A stretch of DNA of 64,000 nt from Candidatus Moraniibacteriota bacterium (GTDB lineage: Bacteria; Patescibacteriota; Minisyncoccia; Moranbacterales; JAPLXC01): contig JAPLXC010000005.1 of NCBI GenBank assembly GCA_026396275.1, forward strand, positions 1,615 through 65,614, read 5' to 3'. The position numbers were made by a program, and so were the translations under genes. Shown here one piece after another: positions 27,101 to 36,304 of the stretch. The notes under the pieces were generated by a model that made no database searches, had not been told where the DNA came from, and saw only the letters and a list, made by a program, of their open reading frames with translations. How positions within the stretch are numbered: position 1 is the first letter of the stretch; each line of letters opens with the position of its first letter.

Positions 27101-28344
27101 TAAACATATAATCCCGTCATCTCTCTGACATCGCCTCCTCCGACCGAAGTGGCCCATATAGTACCGCTGGTAAGATAATCTATTGTTCCGCTTCCATAAT
27201 GATTCGCTCCCGCTCCCAGTGCAGAGACGAAAGCAATATTTTTAGTATTGCCGGAAGGAATTTGGGTTTCAAAGTAGGCGCCGGTAGCTCCTCCCCAATC
27301 TGCTCCGGTCAGATCAATGGTCGGATCAACTTTGATAGTAGAATTGAGAGGATTCCAATATTTATAAGTGGAGAAATCAGTCAGGGTTTGGGAAAAATCA
27401 AAAAGTAAAGGCCAGTCCCAGTCATTCGTCACTCTTCCCATCGCATCATTGCCAGCCGAGATCCGGCCGGTGGCGACAAAATCGCCACTCACCGTGAGCT
27501 TGGCTAGAGGAGAGGTAGTCCCGATTCCCAGCCAGTCGTTGGTGTCATCCCAGTACATTCCGGAGAAGGCCGTCCAGGAGCCGGCGTTATTGTAGAGCAT
27601 CTGGCCTTCGGTGCCGTTGGGGAGTGAACCGCCGCCGGAGAGATTAGTTGTTCCCCAGTAAAGATTTCCGCCGGAGTTGTAAAGCGTGGCAGTGGTAGTT
27701 GAAGGAGCGGCGTCATTGAGATAGATTCCGGCCGACCCTCCGTCTGTGCCTTGGACGTGAAGCTTATTAGAAGGAGAAGAGGTGCCGATGCCGACGTCGC
27801 CTTGAGCAACCAAGTTCCCGTCAGAAGTGATGCCACTGGCGGCATAGAGAGTATTAACGGTGAGGTCAATGTCGTCGTCAATGTCTTCGTTTTTAATGGA
27901 TTCGTTTTTAATTTCGCGGGAATCCACCGCTCCGGTGATAATCCGGACAAGGCCGTTGGATTTGATCTGGATGTCTCCGGTTTTGTATTTTGTCGTTCCG
28001 TCTTCGGAGATGACCGGGGTGAAGATTATTCGGGAAAGGATTCTATCGTTTTGTGAGGAGGGATCAAAATAAAGGGTATCGAGAGTATTATCGTTAGAGG
28101 CCATACCTCTTAGAGTTGTTGATGTTAAGAGAGGTGCTGTCTCTTGATTGGATTCTTCTCCGAGGATATTTTCGTTGCTGTTAGTATCCAGACTGTTAGT
28201 ATTCAGCTCTTTCTGGAGATATTGGAAAAAAACAAAAAAAATAATCAGGATTATTATGAGGAATATCAAAATCATTCTTCCGGGGAAGGAAAACCGGGAT
28301 GATGGCTGGGGAGAATTTTGGGAATGCGGATATGAAGAAATCAT
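24193..28344 (-). CDS. giant repetitive surface protein with phage tail-fibre-like C-terminal intramolecular chaperone (peptidase S74-like) domain
   Basis: 1383 aa with an N-terminal TM/signal region and many GN(V)GIGTTSP-type repeats. NTSSDVRLKENV...GVIAQELYDVYPQAV matches the tail-fibre chaperone/endosialidase auto-processing motif. A C-terminal coiled coil follows. Confidence 0.7.
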   Translation of the reverse strand: MISSYPHSQNSPQPSSRFSFPGRMILIFLIIILIIFFVFFQYLQKELNTNSLDTNSNENILGEESNQETAPLLTSTTLRGMASNDNTLDTLYFDPSSQNDRILSRIIFTPVISEDGTTKYKTGDIQIKSNGLVRIITGAVDSREIKNESIKNEDIDDDIDLTVNTLYAASGITSDGNLVAQGDVGIGTSSPSNKLHVQGTDGGSAGIYLNDAAPSTTTATLYNSGGNLYWGTTNLSGGGSLPNGTEGQMLYNNAGSWTAFSGMYWDDTNDWLGIGTTSPLAKLTVSGDFVATGRISAGNDAMGRVTNDWDWPLLFDFSQTLTDFSTYKYWNPLNSTIKVDPTIDLTGADWGGATGAYFETQIPSGNTKNIAFVSALGAGANHYGSGTIDYLTSGTIWATSVGGGDVREMTGLYVYSCIYNASNLGSITNNYGIDLDVATDGTVTNNYGARIRSGAYRAGSSVTTDYGLYIRSPYSNGSIGTHYGLYLENQAFGTTSYAIYSAGGQSYFAGNVGVGTTSPASLLEIQDTDANPVLTLTNLSDTTYDPSLQFRVGATPSVKFTMGVDDSDSDKFKISTTALGTNDRLVINSNGLVGIGTTSPGQALSVVGSNASVNYAGEFILTNDTSPSYGTAALYIENDTNSGSGARYSLYAADGNPSYFGGKVGIGTTSPTSILHTIASGSKTADYIGNLLTNTATSSTASITKTGLSVTSTGTWDGTSAVNRGLYVNATGGTTNYSAIFEGGNVGIGTTSPVEKLEVNGNFTVSQRAAIGSDSGINKAIDGASSLTLIDSRDILTSLSTSYVIGHYLRLTLNPSSAPSSEAYGSNFEVATQSGNAQNFPRLEGSDHSALHYGSGTVTDLVGGTHTANSYAGAGNVTTSYGARNKSHNWSSSTITTAYGSWNRAGNMSTGAVTAAYGTYTAIHNEGAGTITDGYALYIPNPTGAGPITNNYGFYLENQSRGSAINYAIYSAGGQSYFAGNVGIGTTGPGAALHVYDNASADYAAEFYNDGNNTDRYGLLIQAGEDTPAGTNTLIQFNDGDGTAVGSITYNNTQTYYNTSSDVRLKENVTLANIGINNLMNIQIRQFNFKSDPTKEIVYGVIAQELYDVYPQAVTIPENDTKYWQVDYSKLTPLIVKSMQEQQTQIGGLQTEDQRISTNVETLALKTDESVTNLAELQTSVDEQLSIVSDNINNVQDKVVDLEAQNSNLESRVAALENLTVTLQAQIDELKALTNQELNVAQMEANKNDIDYIKLVLGIDQVQNPGDISVLGKVEAEGIVAGAFTVKVSDEEKRTLGTAKILPVEKDEDEDGKDDETGSDGKSVTVKTKAVTDKCEIFVTAKKVAKQPLAVTKIKESESFKVEVEKTVDEELEFSWWIVKTTD

Positions 28345-28409
28345 TTCCTTTGGTGAAAATTTTTACTATTTGTCCGATTATGCTTTAATTTTACCAACTT
28401 TGGAAAAAT

Positions 28410-29651
28410 TTACAAATCCCTCTCTGTTTCTCCCTTTGTTAAAGGAGGAACTCTTATTTCCCTCTCGCTTCTGTTATCCACCAGCCGGAAAGCCGGATAA
28501 AGGGCGGAAAAAGCGACCAGCGCTGTCAGGAGGAAAATCGATTTAAGCGGAAAAATGAACAGAAAAGGCGTTGAAATAATGGCGGCTGCGATGTAAGCTG
28601 CCGCCCGCGAAGTCCGGAAAAAGTCAATGACATCTATGTCAGTGCTTTCAATCCTTTTATAAAAATAAGAATCGCGCAAAATTTCAACCAGTGACGCCCC
28701 GATTCTGGTGGCAAAAAGCACGAGCGCCCAAACGGCAACCGAAGTGGAGCTTATGAAGTAGACAGAAAATGTGGCGATTGCCATAACAATGAGAGAAAAA
28801 ATAATAAGTTCTTTCTCTCCGGTTTTTTTGTCGGCGATCAGTCCGGCCGGATATTGAAACAAGACAAACGGAACAAGCATCACGGTAAAGACAATTCCGA
28901 TTTGATCCCATCCCAAACCCAAGTTGCGAAGATAAATCGGCGTGTAAATCACCATCAGCGCATAGAAAAATTCAAGTACAAATGAGATGTAGTAAGCGCG
29001 TAAAACATTCTTTCGCAGGGACACTTTTTTTAAAATTTCCATTATGGTGGGGCGGTATTTCACGTTTTCTCTTAAATTACGCAGCCCTAAAAGAGCAAAT
29101 AAAAATATGAAAGAATAAAGGATAATTAAAAAAATAAAAATTCCATGAAATCCGAATTTGTCCAGGAGCCGGGTGGAAAGAAGCGGTCCGAAAACGTAAC
29201 CGGTGTTCATAATGGTAAGGTGCAGCCCCCGGATTCTTCCGGAAAATCGGTCAGTCGAGCAGGACTCCAGAATCATATCCAGCGCTACCCAGGCCAAACT
29301 GCCGGCAATGAGATATAAAATAAGCGGTATCAGGGCAAGAAAATTCGGAGGCAAAAAAACAAGTAATAGAATAATTGGAATTTTACAGAGCAGAATGAAA
29401 AGAAACGCCCGGGATCTCCCGTAGGCGGCGACGACTTTGTGAAAATTAAGAAGGATAATAAGCTCGATGGCGTAAGCGACTAAATAAAACACTCCGACAT
29501 TTTCCGTTCCCGAAATGTTCTTGAAGTACGTTGACAAAATGTAAATCAGGACTGCCTGGCCGAATCCCAATAAAAAAGAAATAAAACTGATCAGTTTTAT
29601 CTTTTCTTCGTTTAAGTGCTCTTTGTGAAAACAAAATTCGCTGTCGGACAT
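28410..29651 (-). CDS. MFS-family transporter
   Basis: About 12 TM helices. Confidence 0.7.
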   Translation of the reverse strand: MSDSEFCFHKEHLNEEKIKLISFISFLLGFGQAVLIYILSTYFKNISGTENVGVFYLVAYAIELIILLNFHKVVAAYGRSRAFLFILLCKIPIILLLVFLPPNFLALIPLILYLIAGSLAWVALDMILESCSTDRFSGRIRGLHLTIMNTGYVFGPLLSTRLLDKFGFHGIFIFLIILYSFIFLFALLGLRNLRENVKYRPTIMEILKKVSLRKNVLRAYYISFVLEFFYALMVIYTPIYLRNLGLGWDQIGIVFTVMLVPFVLFQYPAGLIADKKTGEKELIIFSLIVMAIATFSVYFISSTSVAVWALVLFATRIGASLVEILRDSYFYKRIESTDIDVIDFFRTSRAAAYIAAAIISTPFLFIFPLKSIFLLTALVAFSALYPAFRLVDNRSEREIRVPPLTKGETERDL

Positions 29652-29679
29652 TGTGTTTTAGTTTTCTGACCAAGTATTA

Positions 29680-31089
29680 TTAGAAAATTTTTCTTTTCGT
29701 CTTTCTTTTGATTACTTTTATACCCACTTCTTCTAACTGCTCTTTGCCTAACTCGCTCGGGGCTTTCATCATTAAATCTTCCGCTTCTCCAGTTTTTGGA
29801 AAAGCTATCACCTCTCTAATATTAGGCTCATTCATAAGGATCATGATTAATCTATCAATACCGGGAGCAATACCGCCATGAGGAGGAGCGCCATATTCGA
29901 AAGCTTCAAGCATGTGACCAAATCTTTCTTTAATCGTTTCTTCATCCAGTCCTAAAAGCCGGAAGATCTTATGTTGAATTTCCTTTTTATGAATTCTGAT
30001 ACTCCCCCCTCCTATTTCACATCCATTTAGTACAATATCGTAAGCCCGAGCACGTACTTTATCTGGATTCGTTCCAAGTAGCTTAATGTCTTCTTCAAGA
30101 GGGGCTGTGAAAGGATGATGAGATGAGGTACGTCGGCCGTTCTCGTCCTTCGTAAAAAGTGGAAAGTGTAAAATCCAGCAGAATGCTAACTTATTTCTGT
30201 CATTTTTGTCAGTTCGAAGATCCGGTTTATCAGTTCCATATCTTTCCATTGCATCTTGATAATTTAATTCGGGAAAAGGTATCTGGGTGATTTTTTTCTC
30301 TGGAAAGTGTTTCTTAACAAGTTGAATAAGACACTCCTCATACAGATCTCTAATTTCCTTTTCGTCTGCAAAACTCATCTCCACATCAAGTTGAGTAAAT
30401 TCCGGCTGGCGATCACCTCTTTGGTCTTCATCGCGAAAGCATCTCGCAATTTGGAAGTACCTTTCAAATCCTGCCACCATTAACAACTGTTTAAACTGCT
30501 GGGGCGACTGAGGAAGAACATAAAATTTACCTTTATGAAGGCGTGAAGGAACAATATATTCTCTTGCTCCTTCAGGAGTTCCTTTTGTAAGAATAGGGGT
30601 TTCTATCTCTAAGAATCCTTTTTCCAGATAAAAATCTCTTATAAATTTTATCACCCTACTTCGTATTATTATGTTATTTCTCATTCTATCTGTACGAAGA
30701 TCCAGATAGCGATATTTTAGTCGAATCTCTTCCTGTACTTCAGAAGTATCTTTTTCTATTTCAAAGGGAGGAGTTTTTGATTCATTCAAGATCTCTATTT
30801 TCTCTACCGTTATTTCCACTCTCCCTGTAGAAATTTTTTCATTAACAGCGCTACGTGGTCTTTCCTTAATTATTCCCTCCAGCTCTATGACATACTCACC
30901 GCGCAGTCCTTTGGCGGCTTCATAGGCCTCCTTTTTGTCGGGAATAATCACGCATTGAACGATGCCGCTCCGGTCGCGAAGATCAATGAAAATAAGCTTG
31001 CCGTGATCACGGCGCCGGTGTACCCAGCCCTTGAGAAACACTCGCTCTCCTATTTTTTTCGGCGTGTCAATGATTAAAGTTCGCTGCAT
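29680..31089 (-). CDS. aspS: aspartyl-tRNA synthetase (short form lacking the GAD insertion)
   Basis: N-terminal OB fold and class II motifs [18 protein letters not shown]...GGGSIRIH. Confidence 0.85.
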   Translation of the reverse strand: MQRTLIIDTPKKIGERVFLKGWVHRRRDHGKLIFIDLRDRSGIVQCVIIPDKKEAYEAAKGLRGEYVIELEGIIKERPRSAVNEKISTGRVEITVEKIEILNESKTPPFEIEKDTSEVQEEIRLKYRYLDLRTDRMRNNIIIRSRVIKFIRDFYLEKGFLEIETPILTKGTPEGAREYIVPSRLHKGKFYVLPQSPQQFKQLLMVAGFERYFQIARCFRDEDQRGDRQPEFTQLDVEMSFADEKEIRDLYEECLIQLVKKHFPEKKITQIPFPELNYQDAMERYGTDKPDLRTDKNDRNKLAFCWILHFPLFTKDENGRRTSSHHPFTAPLEEDIKLLGTNPDKVRARAYDIVLNGCEIGGGSIRIHKKEIQHKIFRLLGLDEETIKERFGHMLEAFEYGAPPHGGIAPGIDRLIMILMNEPNIREVIAFPKTGEAEDLMMKAPSELGKEQLEEVGIKVIKRKTKRKIF

Positions 31090-31184
31090 AAATTAAACTA
31101 AAAAAACTGAGAAGCTGAAGAACAGAGAAACATTTTTAAGCTTCTTGGTTTCTCAGTTGCTTAGTTTTTTAGTTGCTTAGTTGC

Positions 31185-31988
31185 TCAGTTATTTAATATT
31201 TCTTCAACTTTTTTTGACAAATCGCTCGGTACGATCCGGGTTTTGACAAAAAAATCAGAAATTCCCATCGCCTGAACTTTTTTTAATTCTTCATCATCAA
31301 CTGAAGCGGAAAGAACGATCAGAGGAATATTTTTCGTTTTTTCTTCCAGTTTCAGCCGCTCGATTAATTCGCTTCCGGTCATCGCCGGCATTATCACATC
31401 CAGAATGATGAGGTCAAAATTTTTAGCCAGCGCTTCTTTGAGTCCCCAGGCGCCGTTTCTGGCAAATTCCACTTCATAGCCGTCCGTGCGCAGTTTCTCT
31501 CCAAACATTTCCAAAAAAATTTCTTCGTCCTCAATAAAAAGAATTCTTTTCTTCTCTCCCTCTTTCTCTTCAGAAGAAGGGTTCCCTCTTCTCTGCTCAT
31601 TCTTTTTTTCTTCCTCATACTCACTAAGCATTCGCTGAATTTCCTTTACTAGATCTGATGGGGTGTAGCGGGTTTTGGGAATGAATCCGTCCGCCCCGGC
31701 CTCAAACGCTTTATCTTGATCCTCTTTTTCGTCCAGGTTGCTGAAGATTATCACTTTCATTTCCGGGTTGTATTTCCCGCTTTGCTTGAGCTCTTTTAAC
31801 ACGCTCAAACCGCTCATGTCCGGAAGCACCATATCAAGAAGGACAAGATCAAACTTATCATCCCGGGCTTTTTTAAGAACCTCGGCTCCGCTGGCCGCCA
31901 CGCCAACCTCAAAACCGGCCGCGGAAAACTTACGCTCGTAAATTTCCGAAATCATCGGATCGTCTTCAACAATAATGATTTTGGACAT
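31185..31988 (-). CDS. response regulator with two tandem receiver (REC) domains, no output domain
   Basis: Two D-D...D...K receiver patterns (LLDMVLPDMSG and ILDVIMPAMTG). Confidence 0.8.
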   Translation of the reverse strand: MSKIIIVEDDPMISEIYERKFSAAGFEVGVAASGAEVLKKARDDKFDLVLLDMVLPDMSGLSVLKELKQSGKYNPEMKVIIFSNLDEKEDQDKAFEAGADGFIPKTRYTPSDLVKEIQRMLSEYEEEKKNEQRRGNPSSEEKEGEKKRILFIEDEEIFLEMFGEKLRTDGYEVEFARNGAWGLKEALAKNFDLIILDVIMPAMTGSELIERLKLEEKTKNIPLIVLSASVDDEELKKVQAMGISDFFVKTRIVPSDLSKKVEEILNN

Positions 31989-32020
31989 ATGTTTACATTT
32001 TATCTAAAACAAGCAAAAAA

Positions 32021-32899
32021 TCAAGTTCCGTTTTTCCTGAAATATTCCACTACTTCCTGAATTACCCATTGCGGAGTTGAGGCGCCAGCGGTAATGCCGA
32101 CTTTTTCAATTTTTCTAAGCCATTCTTTTTTAATCTGATCAGCTCTTTCGATAAAATAGGACCGCGGATTGATTCTTTTGGCAATTTCCCAGAGCCGAGT
32201 GGAATTGGCGGACTCCGAAGAGCCAATTACCACTACCGCGTCGCTTTGGCGGGCGATTTTTTTCACTTCATTCTGGCGATCATGAGTTGTGCGGCAAATG
32301 GTATTGATGACCTTAACATCAGGGCAGAAGTTATGGACGAAGGAACTCACGATTTCGGCGAGATCCAGATCCTGGGTTGTCTGGAATAAAACAGTGACGC
32401 GCTTAAACGAATTTAATTTCAGTTCTTTTAATTCTTTTACCTTTTCCACGATTATGGCGGTATTTTTAGACCATTCTCTGATGCCTTTCGTTTCTTTATG
32501 GTCTTTGTCGCCAATGATGACAAGCTTGTGCATTTTTTCAGCGAATACTTTGGCGAGCCGCTGCACCCTTATCACTCTCGGGCAGGTTGTGTCAATAAGC
32601 CAGATTTTTTCTTTGCGGCAAAATTCATAAAGCGCCGGTCCGATTCCATGAGCAGTGATTACTAGCGTGCCGATCTTGCTTTTAAGGTTTCGTAAATTTT
32701 TGAAAAGATTTCGGTCAACCTGGATTTTTTTCACTCCCAGATCTTCCAAATTCTTCACGACATCGGCATTGTGAACCAGCGATCCCAAAACATAAATTGG
32801 TTTTTTGACTTGAGGATTGCCAACAGCGCTCACGATCATATCATAAGCGCGCCTTACTCCCTCGCAAAACCCGGCGTGTTTAGAAAGTGTAATCTTCAT
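32021..32899 (-). CDS. ispH: 4-hydroxy-3-methylbut-2-enyl diphosphate reductase
   Basis: MKITLSKHAGFCEGVRRA; full-length LytB. Confidence 0.9.
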   Translation of the reverse strand: MKITLSKHAGFCEGVRRAYDMIVSAVGNPQVKKPIYVLGSLVHNADVVKNLEDLGVKKIQVDRNLFKNLRNLKSKIGTLVITAHGIGPALYEFCRKEKIWLIDTTCPRVIRVQRLAKVFAEKMHKLVIIGDKDHKETKGIREWSKNTAIIVEKVKELKELKLNSFKRVTVLFQTTQDLDLAEIVSSFVHNFCPDVKVINTICRTTHDRQNEVKKIARQSDAVVVIGSSESANSTRLWEIAKRINPRSYFIERADQIKKEWLRKIEKVGITAGASTPQWVIQEVVEYFRKNGT

Positions 32900-33016
32900 G
32901 AAATAAATAATTTACCCCAAACTCAATTCAGGGGTCTATTAAAGCCATCCTAACAAAAATGGCTGTTTTTTACTTATTCTCAAAGTTATTTTACCAAACT
33001 TTTCGCCAAAATAAAA

Positions 33017-33046
33017 GGAGATGTAACAATTCGCTGTTACATCTCC
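33017..33046 (-). terminator. perfect hairpin GGAGATGTAACA-loop-TGTTACATCTCC followed by T-run
   Basis: A 12-bp stem then TTTTATTTT on the minus strand, after the gene at 33071..33637. Confidence 0.6.
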
Positions 33047-33070
33047 AATTCTAAGGATCAAAATAAAGTA

Positions 33071-33637
33071 CTAACTTGCGAGCAACGCCGCGGGATTGAA
33101 GTCGCTCCAGTCGTCGTCAAGCCAGCGGCCGTGCCAGTGCCACCTGCCGCCGTGCCAGTCGAGGTAACGGACGCTGAGGTAGCCAGTGGAGTCGCGATAA
33201 ATCGTTCCCCAAAAAAACACGTATTTGTCTTTCCATTCCTCAGGAATAAGGTGTGGATTGGCAAGTAGATAATCAAGGACGTTGGCGTTGAGAACTGGCA
33301 TTTTTTCCAATTCCTTGTGCAGTATGTTTCCCTCGATCACTTTTCTATCCCTTTGCTTCTTAGAAAGATAAAGTGAGATTTCTGTCGGATCCCACTTTAA
33401 CTGCCTGCCCTTTTTGTGCCTAATCACATTCCATCCGCTTGGGACGAAGGGATCCGCATCACAGTTGATTACATGGTCGATAAGCTTAATTTCTGCATAA
33501 CCAAGTATTACCTGACGAACTTGAGCAAGGATATCGCCCTCACTTAATTTTTTTATCTCTGCATTTGTCCAATCTCCGCGCCGAAACGCGGCTTTTAACT
33601 CCCCAGCCTGGTCAACATCGAGCATTATTTCGCTCAT
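33071..33637 (-). CDS. hypothetical protein with His/Trp-rich GC-rich C-terminal tail
   Basis: 188-aa ORF. The last ~40 codons (...WHGGRWHWHGRWLDDDWSDFNPAALLAS) are about 60% GC, against ~38% locally. Confidence 0.5.
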   Translation of the reverse strand: MSEIMLDVDQAGELKAAFRRGDWTNAEIKKLSEGDILAQVRQVILGYAEIKLIDHVINCDADPFVPSGWNVIRHKKGRQLKWDPTEISLYLSKKQRDRKVIEGNILHKELEKMPVLNANVLDYLLANPHLIPEEWKDKYVFFWGTIYRDSTGYLSVRYLDWHGGRWHWHGRWLDDDWSDFNPAALLAS

Positions 33638-34002
33638 CGTTAACTCCTTTCTTTTTGCAACAGTGTTCTTGCGAACGTGTTGCGGTTATTAAGAACATTT
33701 ATCCCGCTAATGCGGAATACCGGCCATTTTTATGACCAACGCTTAATTGTACACCTAAACCGGCCGACTGTCAAATGCCGGAGTCAATTTTTGGTTTAAA
33801 TGAAGTATTTATTAGCTCAGATTTTAAATTATATTCACTAAAAGCATATCTTAAGATATTTTATTACACTTCCAAACTTTAAAAAATCAATAACTCCCAT
33901 GGATTGCGACCGCAATTTATGGCAACCATAAGAAAAATTCTAAAATCTTTTGACACTTTGCTCCGATCGGGGCATACTGTCAAATAAATTATTTTTGGCG
34001 AG

Positions 34003-35280
34003 CTACTTTTTACTCTTTATAAGCTCTACTAATTTTTGAATATCGAAAAGTGTCGGTTTATTTTCATTTCTCTTCTTCACTTCCACTCCCCCGGCTTTCA
34101 ATGATTTTTCACTTACCACAACACGATATGGAATACCGATAAGATCCGCGTCGGCAAATTTCTCCCCGGCGCTCGCTTCACGATCGTCATGCAGCACTTC
34201 AATTCCATTGTCCTGCAATAATTTATATATTTTATCAACCTCTTCATCAATTTTGATTTTTGACCCGCCTGCCGGCGAGGCAGGTTTTTGATTTTTGATT
34301 TTGAGCAGGTGCACCTGGTAAGGTGCAACTGCGATTGGCCAGATGATTCCTTTTTCGTCATGATGAAGCTCAACAATCGTTCCCATAAGGCGATTAAGGC
34401 CGATGCCATAACAACCCATGGTAATTAATTTGTCTTTTCCGACTTTGTCTTTGACAGTCAAATTAAACGGCTTGGTAAATTTATCCCGAATCTTGAAAAT
34501 ATTCCCGACTTCAATTGCTTTTTCAGTTCTGAACTTATCAGTGCCGCACTGGGGGCATTGGGGCGTTTCATGTTTAATTTCTTTGTTAATCGCCACCTTG
34601 CATTTATCGCAGATATATATGGTATCTTCGCCGGCTTCGGAGAGGGTCTGAAATTCATGGGAATATTTGGAAAAAGTGCCGCCGGTGGCAAAAGTAAGGT
34701 GGGTTTTTCCGCCAATGCCTGCTTTATTAAAGATGTTAAAGTAACTTTTCTTTACTTTTTCGTAGTAATTATTAAGATCATCCTCATTAAGATGAAAAGA
34801 ATAGAGATCTTTCATTAAAAATTCCCTTCCCCGCAGCAGCCCGGACTTTGGCCGCAGCTCCATCCGGAATTTGTTCTGAATCTGATAAGCGTAAAAAGGG
34901 ATATCTTTGTAGGAATGGATGTATTTTTGAACAAGGGGAACAATCACCTCCTCATGAGTTGGCCCCAGGGCGAATTCACGCCCGCCCGAATCCTTGACTT
35001 TATACAAATCATCCATCGTGTTCCAACGTCCGGTTTTTTCCCAATTTTCCTTAGGCTGAAGCGCCGGCATAAAAATTTCCTGCCCGCCGACAGCGTTTAT
35101 TTCTTCCCGGATTATATTCTCTATCTTTTTCATTACCCGGAGCCCTAGTGGAAGAAAAGAATAAACCCCGGCCATTAATTTCTCCACAAAACCGGCTCGA
35201 ATTAGAAGCTGGGCATTGGCGCTCGTCTCGTCCTTCGGTGCCTCTTTTTGGGTTTTAGTGAAAAGCTTGGACTGCAACAT
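34003..35280 (-). CDS. proS: prolyl-tRNA synthetase (no editing domain; Zn-ribbon insertion)
   Basis: Class II motifs and an anticodon-binding domain. CDKC...CPQCG ribbon. Confidence 0.9.
   Translation of the reverse strand: MLQSKLFTKTQKEAPKDETSANAQLLIRAGFVEKLMAGVYSFLPLGLRVMKKIENIIREEINAVGGQEIFMPALQPKENWEKTGRWNTMDDLYKVKDSGGREFALGPTHEEVIVPLVQKYIHSYKDIPFYAYQIQNKFRMELRPKSGLLRGREFLMKDLYSFHLNEDDLNNYYEKVKKSYFNIFNKAGIGGKTHLTFATGGTFSKYSHEFQTLSEAGEDTIYICDKCKVAINKEIKHETPQCPQCGTDKFRTEKAIEVGNIFKIRDKFTKPFNLTVKDKVGKDKLITMGCYGIGLNRLMGTIVELHHDEKGIIWPIAVAPYQVHLLKIKNQKPASPAGGSKIKIDEEVDKIYKLLQDNGIEVLHDDREASAGEKFADADLIGIPYRVVVSEKSLKAGGVEVKKRNENKPTLFDIQKLVELIKSKK
34262..34306. repeat. GC-hairpin plus TTTTGATTTTTGATTTTG element embedded in-frame in proS
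   Basis: Identical 22-nt core to 8228..8256. Read on the minus strand it encodes ...KIKNQKPASPAGGSK... inside ProS. Confidence 0.5.
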
Positions 35281-35321
35281 AACTTTATTTTTTATTTGCC
35301 TTGGTTATTTGGCTTAACTCT

Positions 35322-35774
35322 TTACCTCAATAATTCTTCTACTATTTTTTTCACCATGTTTCCATCTGCTTGACCTTTGAGGCGTCCCATGGCGGCGCCC
35401 ATCACGCGTCCCATATCGGCTTTCGACGCCGCGCCGGTACCCGCGATAACTTCCTTCACGATTTCCCTGATTTTATCTTCACTCAACTGCTCCGGCATAT
35501 AAGCGGAAAGGATCTCAATTTCTTTTTTTTCTTTTTCGGCAAGGTCGCTCCTCCCACCTTTTTCGTATTGTTCGACACTGTCGCGGCGCTGTTTGATCGA
35601 GCGGGCAATAACCTCGACAACTTCCTCGTCGGATAGTCCTTCATCCTGCTTCTTTTTTTCAATTTCAGCGTTGTGGATAGCGCTGCCAAGAAGGCGCAAA
35701 ACATCGCGGCGAAACGCGTCGCCGGTTTTCAGCGCTTCTTTTAGATCATTGGAAATTTTTTCCTTTAAATTCAT
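35322..35774 (-). CDS. yqeY: GatB/YqeY-domain protein
   Basis: 150-aa YqeY-like. Confidence 0.75.
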   Translation of the reverse strand: MNLKEKISNDLKEALKTGDAFRRDVLRLLGSAIHNAEIEKKKQDEGLSDEEVVEVIARSIKQRRDSVEQYEKGGRSDLAEKEKKEIEILSAYMPEQLSEDKIREIVKEVIAGTGAASKADMGRVMGAAMGRLKGQADGNMVKKIVEELLR

Positions 35775-35882
35775 ATTCTTGTTTACGAATTACTAATTCC
35801 ATACGAATATACGAATATACGAATTACTTTTTGAATATTAGTATATTCGTAAAAGCGAAGCGCATTAGTAATTAGTAAATAC

Positions 35883-36134
35883 TTATTCCATTTTACGTTT
35901 AATATCTTTCAGTGTTTCTTCGTCAAATTTTCCTAATTTTTTCAGTTTATCAATTTCCTTGCGGATTCGGACTTTATATAGCGCTTCTTTTCTCTTTTCC
36001 CTTTTGCTTTTTTCTTCAGCCCGAAACCGCGTCCGGCGGGCGCGAACAAGAATGCCGCTCTGCTGAACCCGGCGGGAAAATCGGCGGATTAAACTTTCCG
36101 CTGTCTCTCTTTCCTTTTTTCGCACTTCAATCAT
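35883..36134 (-). CDS. rpsU: 30S ribosomal protein S21-like
   Basis: Basic 83-aa protein, ...ESLIRRFSRRVQQSGILVRARRTRF... Confidence 0.65.
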   Translation of the reverse strand: MIEVRKKERETAESLIRRFSRRVQQSGILVRARRTRFRAEEKSKREKRKEALYKVRIRKEIDKLKKLGKFDEETLKDIKRKME

Positions 36135-36185
36135 CTAAAACCTCCAATCTAGAAATTTCTAATTACCAACTTCTAATTTCCAATA

Positions 36186-36298
36186 AAAATCCAAATGTCA
36201 AAATCTAAATTGTTCCAAGTCAAGCCCAAAATCTAAATTTTTAAAAATTTAAACATTTGAAATTGATTTGAAATTTGAGCTTTGGAATTTGGATTTTT
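36186..36298 (+). repeat. AT-rich miniature element with TIRs AAAATCCAAAT / ATTTGGATTTT (copy B)
   Basis: Aligns end to end with 2729..2834. Confidence 0.55.
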
Positions 36299-36304
36299 AA
36301 TAAA

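Noticed and set aside
24263-28072. Multiple plus-strand ORFs overlapping the giant gene
   Set aside because: They are antisense to a continuous 1383-aa ORF with clear repeat structure and are low-complexity translations.
24193-28344. Diversity-generating retroelement target
   Set aside because: There is no reverse transcriptase gene, no template-repeat/variable-repeat pair with adenine-specific mismatches, and no C-type-lectin-like C-terminus in the window.
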